Source: Planctomycetota bacterium | GTDB lineage: Bacteria; Planctomycetota; PLA2; JAEUHO01 | NCBI GenBank assembly: GCA_030065025.1 | Contig: JASJDY010000014.1 | Coordinates: forward strand, 13,113 to 77,112 | Reading direction: 5' to 3' | Length of the DNA: 64,000 nucleotides | Shown here: positions 59,460 to 64,000 of the stretch, in pieces | Layout of the letters: every line of letters starts with the position of its first letter | How positions within the stretch are numbered: the stretch's first letter is position 1 | Translations under genes and position numbers: made by a program | The notes under the pieces: generated by a model | The model's database searches: none | What the model was told of the DNA's origin: nothing | What the model saw: the letters and a program-made list of their open reading frames with translations, nothing else

Positions 59460-61952
59460 TTGGGCAAGCGCTTCTATCAGATCGCACTCGATCTCGGCTT
59501 GCAGCCGCGGAGCTTCATTCGCGAGCTGAGTGACGTCGGTCTGTCGGTCGGCAATCAGATGGTCATCATCCCGGACGAGCTCGAGAGCCGCATTCGGGAG
59601 ATGTACGACACGCTGCATCCGCCGGCGGCGCCCCCGGAGCCTGTCGCCCCGCCCGCGCCCGTCGCGGAGCCCGTGGCTGAGGAGCTCCCGGCCGAACCCG
59701 TCGAGGAGCCGATCGAGGCTCCCCTCGAAGACGGCACAGCCGTCGCCGAGGAAGTCCCGGCGCCCGCAGCCGAGGCCGCCCCCGCCGAGGAGCCGGCGGA
59801 GGCCCCGGAGGCCGGTGAGCAGGACGACACGGGCGAGGGTCCCGCGGAAGGCGGCGAGCCCGAGCCGCCGTCGCGCCGCCCGCCGCGCCGCCTCGTGCCC
59901 ACGCTCGACCCGCGCGCCGGCCGTCTCGTGAAGGACGCGCCCGTCGGCGGTGTCCCGACCCTGCGCCCGCGGCCGCGCCGCGAAGACGCGGGTCCGGGTG
60001 GCTTCACGCCGCAGCTCCCGCGCACCGACCGCGCACCCGGTCAGCGCCGCGACGGCGGTCGCCGCGTGGCCGACCGCTACCGCGGCAAGCGCGGCAAGGA
60101 AACGTTCACGATGCGGCGTCGTGGCCGCGGCCGCAAGTCGCGTCCCGCCGTGCCCCACGTCCGCCCCTCTTCGATCGTCGTCGAGCTACCCATCACGGTG
60201 AAGGGCCTCGGCGAGCTCAGCAGTTACAAGGCTGCCGACATCGTCCGCGTGCTCTTCAAGAACCACGGGATGATGGTCACGCCCAACTCGTCGCTCGACA
60301 AGGAGACGGTCGAGACCGTCTGCCTCGAGTTCGAGATCGACGTCTCGTTCAAGAAGAAGGTCACGGCCGAGGACACGCTCCTCAAGCAGTTCCAGACCGA
60401 GGACGACGACGAGGACCTCAGGCCGCGTCCCCCGGTCGTCGCGATCCTGGGTCACGTCGACCACGGCAAGACGACCCTGCTCGACTACATCCGTCAGAGC
60501 GACGTCGCCGCCAAGGAGGCGGGCGGGATCACGCAGCACATCGGTGCGGCACAGGTCACGCTGGCGGACGGCCGCAAGGTCACGTTCCTCGACACGCCTG
60601 GCCACGAGGCGTTCACCGAGATGCGTGCGCGCGGCGCCCAGGTCACCGACATCGTCATCCTGATCGTCGCGGCCGACGACGGCGTCATGCCGCAGACGGT
60701 CGAGGCCATCAGCCACGCCAAGGCGGCCGGAGTCGAGATCGTCGTCGCGGTGACGAAGGTCGACCGCGACAACGCCCGCCCCGATCGCGCCAAGCAGCAG
60801 CTCGCCGAGCACGAGATCTACGTCGAGGGCTACGGCGGCGACGTGTCCGTCTTCGAGGTGTCCGGCATCACGGGCCAGGGTGTGCCCGAGCTCCTCGAGC
60901 ACCTCGCCCTCATGGCCGAGGTCGACTCCGAGAAGTACCGCGCCAACCCGGACCGCAAGGCCCAGGGCACGGTCATCGAGGCCCAGAACTCCCCGAAGCG
61001 CGGCATCCTCACGACCGTGCTCGTCCAGAACGGCACGCTCCAGAAGGGCGACGCCGTCATCGCCGGCGAAGCGTGGGGCAAGGTCCGCGGCATGTTCGAC
61101 GACCGCGGCGGCACCGTGAAGCAGGCCGGGCCGAGCACGCCGGTCGAGATCATCGGTCTCGACACCGTGCCGGACGTCGGCAGCAAGCTCTACTCGGCGC
61201 GCAATGCCATCGAGGCGAAGAAGATCGCCCAGGCCCGCCGCGACGAGGCTCGCGCGCTCGAGCAGGCCGCACAGGGCAAGGTGACGACGCTCGACGACCT
61301 CTTCGGCAAGATCGAAGAAGGCAAGACGCAGGACGTCAACCTCGTCGTGAAGGCCGACGTGAAGGGCTCGCTGGAGCCGCTGAAGACCGTCCTCGAGCGC
61401 CTCGGCAACGAAGAGGTGCGGCCGAAGATCATCCACAGCGCCGTCGGCGCGGTGAACGAGTCGGACGTCGTGCTCGCCTCGGCCTCGAACGCCTGGGTCA
61501 TCGGCTTCCACGTCAACGTCGACGCCAAGGCGCGCGACAAGGCGAAGCAGGAGCACGTCGAGATCCGCACCTACAAGGTGATCTACGACATCGAGAGCGA
61601 CGTGCTCGACCTGCTCGAGGGTCGTCTCGCGCCCGAGATGTTCGAGGAGGTCACCGGCCACGCCGAGGTGCTGCAGATCTTCACGTTCTCGAAGATCGGC
61701 AACATCGCCGGCTGCCGCGTGCGCGACGGCATCGTCCGCCGCGACTCGCTCGTCCGCGTGAAGCGCGGCGACGAGATCGTCCACGAGGGCGCCATCGCCA
61801 GCCTGCGCCGCGAGAAGGACACGGCCAACGAGGTCCGCGAGGGTCTCGAGTGCGGCCTCACCATCAAGGGTTGGGACGACCTCGAGGTCGGCGACATCAT
61901 CGAGACCTACAAGATCGAGGCGAAGAAGCGCACCCTCGCCGACAAGTCGTAG
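59460..61952 (+). CDS. infB: Translation initiation factor IF-2
   Basis: TTG start after [41 protein letters not shown]. Confidence 0.95.
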   Translation: MGKRFYQIALDLGLQPRSFIRELSDVGLSVGNQMVIIPDELESRIREMYDTLHPPAAPPEPVAPPAPVAEPVAEELPAEPVEEPIEAPLEDGTAVAEEVPAPAAEAAPAEEPAEAPEAGEQDDTGEGPAEGGEPEPPSRRPPRRLVPTLDPRAGRLVKDAPVGGVPTLRPRPRREDAGPGGFTPQLPRTDRAPGQRRDGGRRVADRYRGKRGKETFTMRRRGRGRKSRPAVPHVRPSSIVVELPITVKGLGELSSYKAADIVRVLFKNHGMMVTPNSSLDKETVETVCLEFEIDVSFKKKVTAEDTLLKQFQTEDDDEDLRPRPPVVAILGHVDHGKTTLLDYIRQSDVAAKEAGGITQHIGAAQVTLADGRKVTFLDTPGHEAFTEMRARGAQVTDIVILIVAADDGVMPQTVEAISHAKAAGVEIVVAVTKVDRDNARPDRAKQQLAEHEIYVEGYGGDVSVFEVSGITGQGVPELLEHLALMAEVDSEKYRANPDRKAQGTVIEAQNSPKRGILTTVLVQNGTLQKGDAVIAGEAWGKVRGMFDDRGGTVKQAGPSTPVEIIGLDTVPDVGSKLYSARNAIEAKKIAQARRDEARALEQAAQGKVTTLDDLFGKIEEGKTQDVNLVVKADVKGSLEPLKTVLERLGNEEVRPKIIHSAVGAVNESDVVLASASNAWVIGFHVNVDAKARDKAKQEHVEIRTYKVIYDIESDVLDLLEGRLAPEMFEEVTGHAEVLQIFTFSKIGNIAGCRVRDGIVRRDSLVRVKRGDEIVHEGAIASLRREKDTANEVREGLECGLTIKGWDDLEVGDIIETYKIEAKKRTLADKS

Positions 61953-61965
61953 CTGCGGGACCCCC

Positions 61966-62364
61966 ATGGCCCAGCAACGCCGCATCCTCCGCCTGCAGAA
62001 CGTGATCCTGCAGACCGCTGCGAACCACATCCAGCGCGAGCTGGAGGATCCGCGCATCGGTCTCGTGTCGATCACGCGCGTGAAGCTGTCGCCCGACCTG
62101 ACGCAGGCCCAGGTGTACTGGTCGGTGCTGGGCGACGAGGCCGAGGTCCGCACGTGCGAGCGGGGCCTCGAGAATGCGCTGCCTAGCATCCAGCGCGCGG
62201 TGGCGGACGCGATGCAGACCCGTGTCACCCCGAAGCTCCAGCTGCGGCACGATCCCGGCCTGGAGCACGCGCAGCGGCTGGAGGAGATCTTCACCAAGCT
62301 GCGCGAGGAGCGCGGCGAGGACGAGGAGCCCGCCGACGACGCCGGAGACGGCGCAGAGAGTTGA
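61966..62364 (+). CDS. rbfA: 30S ribosome-binding factor A
   Basis: [33 protein letters not shown]. Confidence 0.95.
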   Translation: MAQQRRILRLQNVILQTAANHIQRELEDPRIGLVSITRVKLSPDLTQAQVYWSVLGDEAEVRTCERGLENALPSIQRAVADAMQTRVTPKLQLRHDPGLEHAQRLEEIFTKLREERGEDEEPADDAGDGAES

Positions 62365-62388
62365 CGTAGGCGCGGCGGCGCGGATACT
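62361..62388 (+). promoter_or_regulatory. Sigma70-like promoter for tRNA-His
   Basis: TTGACG (62361-66), 16 nt, GATACT (62383-88). Confidence 0.5.
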
Positions 62389-62410
62389 CGCCAGCCGCGT
62401 TTTCGAACGT

Positions 62411-62488
<78 letters not shown>

Positions 62489-62507
62489 AACGCGGCGCAG
62501 CCGCGTT

Positions 62508-62711
62508 GGGGTGCCCTTGGCACCCGTCTTTCTTTCAAGGGGGGCAGAGCCCCCCTTGCGGTCTCGACGTGGCGGAACGAACGCATCCAGGCGTAGGTAC
62601 GCCGGACACGCCGCCACGATCGAGACCTATCCCCCACTCACCCAGCTCCGCTGGGTGGGGGTGCCAGGCACGCAGTTCATCTTCAAGGGGGGCAGCCCCC
62701 CCTATCCCCCA
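62508..62711. repeat. Modular hairpin-rich direct repeats between tRNA-His and four-helix-bundle copy 2
   Basis: Two ~46-bp units GGGGTGCC..GGCAC..TTCAAGGGGGGCAG..CCCCCC (62508-555, 62658-702). Exact 11-bp CCTATCCCCCA at 62626 and 62701. Long hairpin GGTCTCGACGTGGCGG/CCGCCACGATCGAGACC (62560-627). Confidence 0.8.
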
Positions 62712-63034
62712 TCTTTCAGTGCAGCCTGCCGCTGGCGCGTGATCAGGCCGGTCAGCATCGCGCCGACGCGATCCGCCAGATGCCGGAGCGCACGCACGTC
62801 GTACGCCGGGGCCAGCCGGAGGCGTTCGATCATCTCCAAAGCGGCATCGCACTCACCCGACTCGCCTCGCGCGATGACAAAGCGTGCGGCCTTGTCGCGC
62901 GGAGCCCAGCGGTTCGCGCCCTCGGTGATGTTGCGCATCGTTGCCGAGGCTGCTCGGCGGACCTGGTCCTTCAGATCCGCGTGACCGCGCGGAAGCGACG
63001 CGGCAATGCGCTCGACTCCGACGGTCAGTTCCAT
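62702..63034 (-). CDS. Four helix bundle protein, copy 2 (possibly 5'-damaged)
   Basis: About 80% aa identity to copy 1 by manual alignment. HQRLDAFHAA is present in frame upstream of Met 63034, but there is no ATG/GTG/TTG before the in-frame TGA at 63172-70. Confidence 0.8.
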   Translation of the reverse strand: MELTVGVERIAASLPRGHADLKDQVRRAASATMRNITEGANRWAPRDKAARFVIARGESGECDAALEMIERLRLAPAYDVRALRHLADRVGAMLTGLITRQRQAALKDGG

Positions 63035-63214
63035 GGCCGCATGGAACGCGTCGAGTCGCTGGTGCGGAGGGGATTGGAAGGGGAGGCGCGCAGCTTCCCC
63101 TTGCCGCGCCGTAGGCGCGTCCAGTCCGCGCGTGAGCGCGGGACGGTGGCCTGTTGCCGCCCGGCCCGTTCATCCTCCCTGGGACTGTGCAACTGGAAGT
63201 GCGGTCCGCAGACG

Positions 63215-63259
63215 CACGCCCACACCCACACCCGCCCCCTCCCCCCTACCATCTCCCCC
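63215..63259 (-). other. Hexamer-periodic G-rich tract, potential G-quadruplex
   Basis: Plus strand CACGCC CACACC CACACC CGCCCC CTCCCC CCTACC. Minus strand GGGGGG-A-GGGGG-C-GGG-TGT-GGG-TGT-GGG. Confidence 0.55.
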
Positions 63260-64000
63260 GTGACCACGCCGTGGACCCGGGCCGCCGAGACCTTCCGCGC
63301 CGAGCTGCGCGCCGCCGTGCCCGCAGAGCGGCTCCAGGCGCTCCACACCGTCCAGCCGTGGCGGCACGCCCTGACCGTGCTGCGCCAGCTCGTCCTCCTC
63401 GCGCTCGCCGCCTGGGCGATCCTCACGCACGGCGACCTCTGGTACGCGTGGATCCCGGCTTCGATCGTCATCGGGTTCGTCGTCTTCGACTTCACGGTGC
63501 TCGTGCACGAAGCGGTGCACGAGGTGATCGTGTCGGATCGGAAGAGCCGCCTGCACACCCTGCTCGGCCACCTCTACGCGCTGCCCTCGGGGCTCTCGTT
63601 CTCGCAGTTCCGACGCTGGCACCTCGACCACCACGCCAACCTCGGCACGGACGACGCCGACCCGAAGCGCGCCTACCTGTCGCCGAAGAAGGTGCTGCGC
63701 CGCGTCAAGCTGCTCTACATGACGCCGGCGCTGTTCCCGATCTACTTCCGCGCCGCGCGGCGCGCGGCGGCCGGCTATCCGCCGGAGCTCAAGCGCAAGA
63801 TCGCGTGGGAGCGACGCGCCGCGATCCTGCTGCACCTGGCCATCCCGGCGGTGCTCTGGTGGCAGCTCGGCTTCGAGGCCGCGCTCAAGCTGCACCTGCT
63901 GCCGGTCTTCGTCGTGTTCCCGGTCGCGTTCACGCTGAACCGCCTGGGCCAGCACTACGACATCGACCCCGAGGACCCGGCGCACTGGGGCACGTTGATG
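63260..64000 (+). CDS. Membrane fatty acid desaturase/hydroxylase family protein (3' truncated by window edge, absent from ORF track)
   Basis: My translation from GTG 63260: VTTPWTRAAETF...HEAVH...WHLDHH...GQHY. His boxes and TM helices. Frame is open to the window end. Confidence 0.85.
   Translation, partial: MTTPWTRAAETFRAELRAAVPAERLQALHTVQPWRHALTVLRQLVLLALAAWAILTHGDLWYAWIPASIVIGFVVFDFTVLVHEAVHEVIVSDRKSRLHTLLGHLYALPSGLSFSQFRRWHLDHHANLGTDDADPKRAYLSPKKVLRRVKLLYMTPALFPIYFRAARRAAAGYPPELKRKIAWERRAAILLHLAIPAVLWWQLGFEAALKLHLLPVFVVFPVAFTLNRLGQHYDIDPEDPAHWGTLM

Noticed and set aside
62508-62711. CRISPR array
   Set aside because: Only two degenerate units with no regular repeat-spacer period, and no cas genes.
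62489-63259. Prophage or integrative element at tRNA-His
   Set aside because: No integrase or phage genes, and no long duplication of the tRNA 3' end. Only 5-7 nt echoes.
63170-63985. 271-aa minus-strand ORF
   Set aside because: Shadow of the plus-strand desaturase, which the ORF track missed because it runs off the window.

Overview
High-GC bacterial chromosomal window, probably Planctomycetota. That assignment is inferred from prepilin-type, HEAT-repeat, DUF1570-like, STAS/MlaE and fasciclin-SOUL genes and was not tested. The window is mostly core and envelope genes: a translationally coupled mdh-argC-argD-argF'-argB-argE-argH operon, an mlaE/mlaD plus STAS/RsbW cluster, thiS-thiG, nusA-infB-rbfA-tRNA-His, an NrtR-SPFH-NAD-kinase-like operon with a clear promoter/operator, and many lipoproteins. 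The leading candidates for a second look are: (1) an apparently complete ceramide synthesis trio (Spt, bCerS, CerR-like) whose reductase may be co-transcribed with a lipid transporter; (2) two ~80% identical four-helix-bundle (IVP/Avd-like) genes 60 kb apart, each next to strongly structured non-coding DNA, one of them just downstream of tRNA-His amid modular repeats; (3) a secreted Cys-rich repeat protein; (4) a predicted succinyl-type arginine pathway; (5) an HPS-RraA fusion. I found no CRISPR array, integrase, transposase or reverse transcriptase. Family assignments come from motif recognition only; no database search was run.
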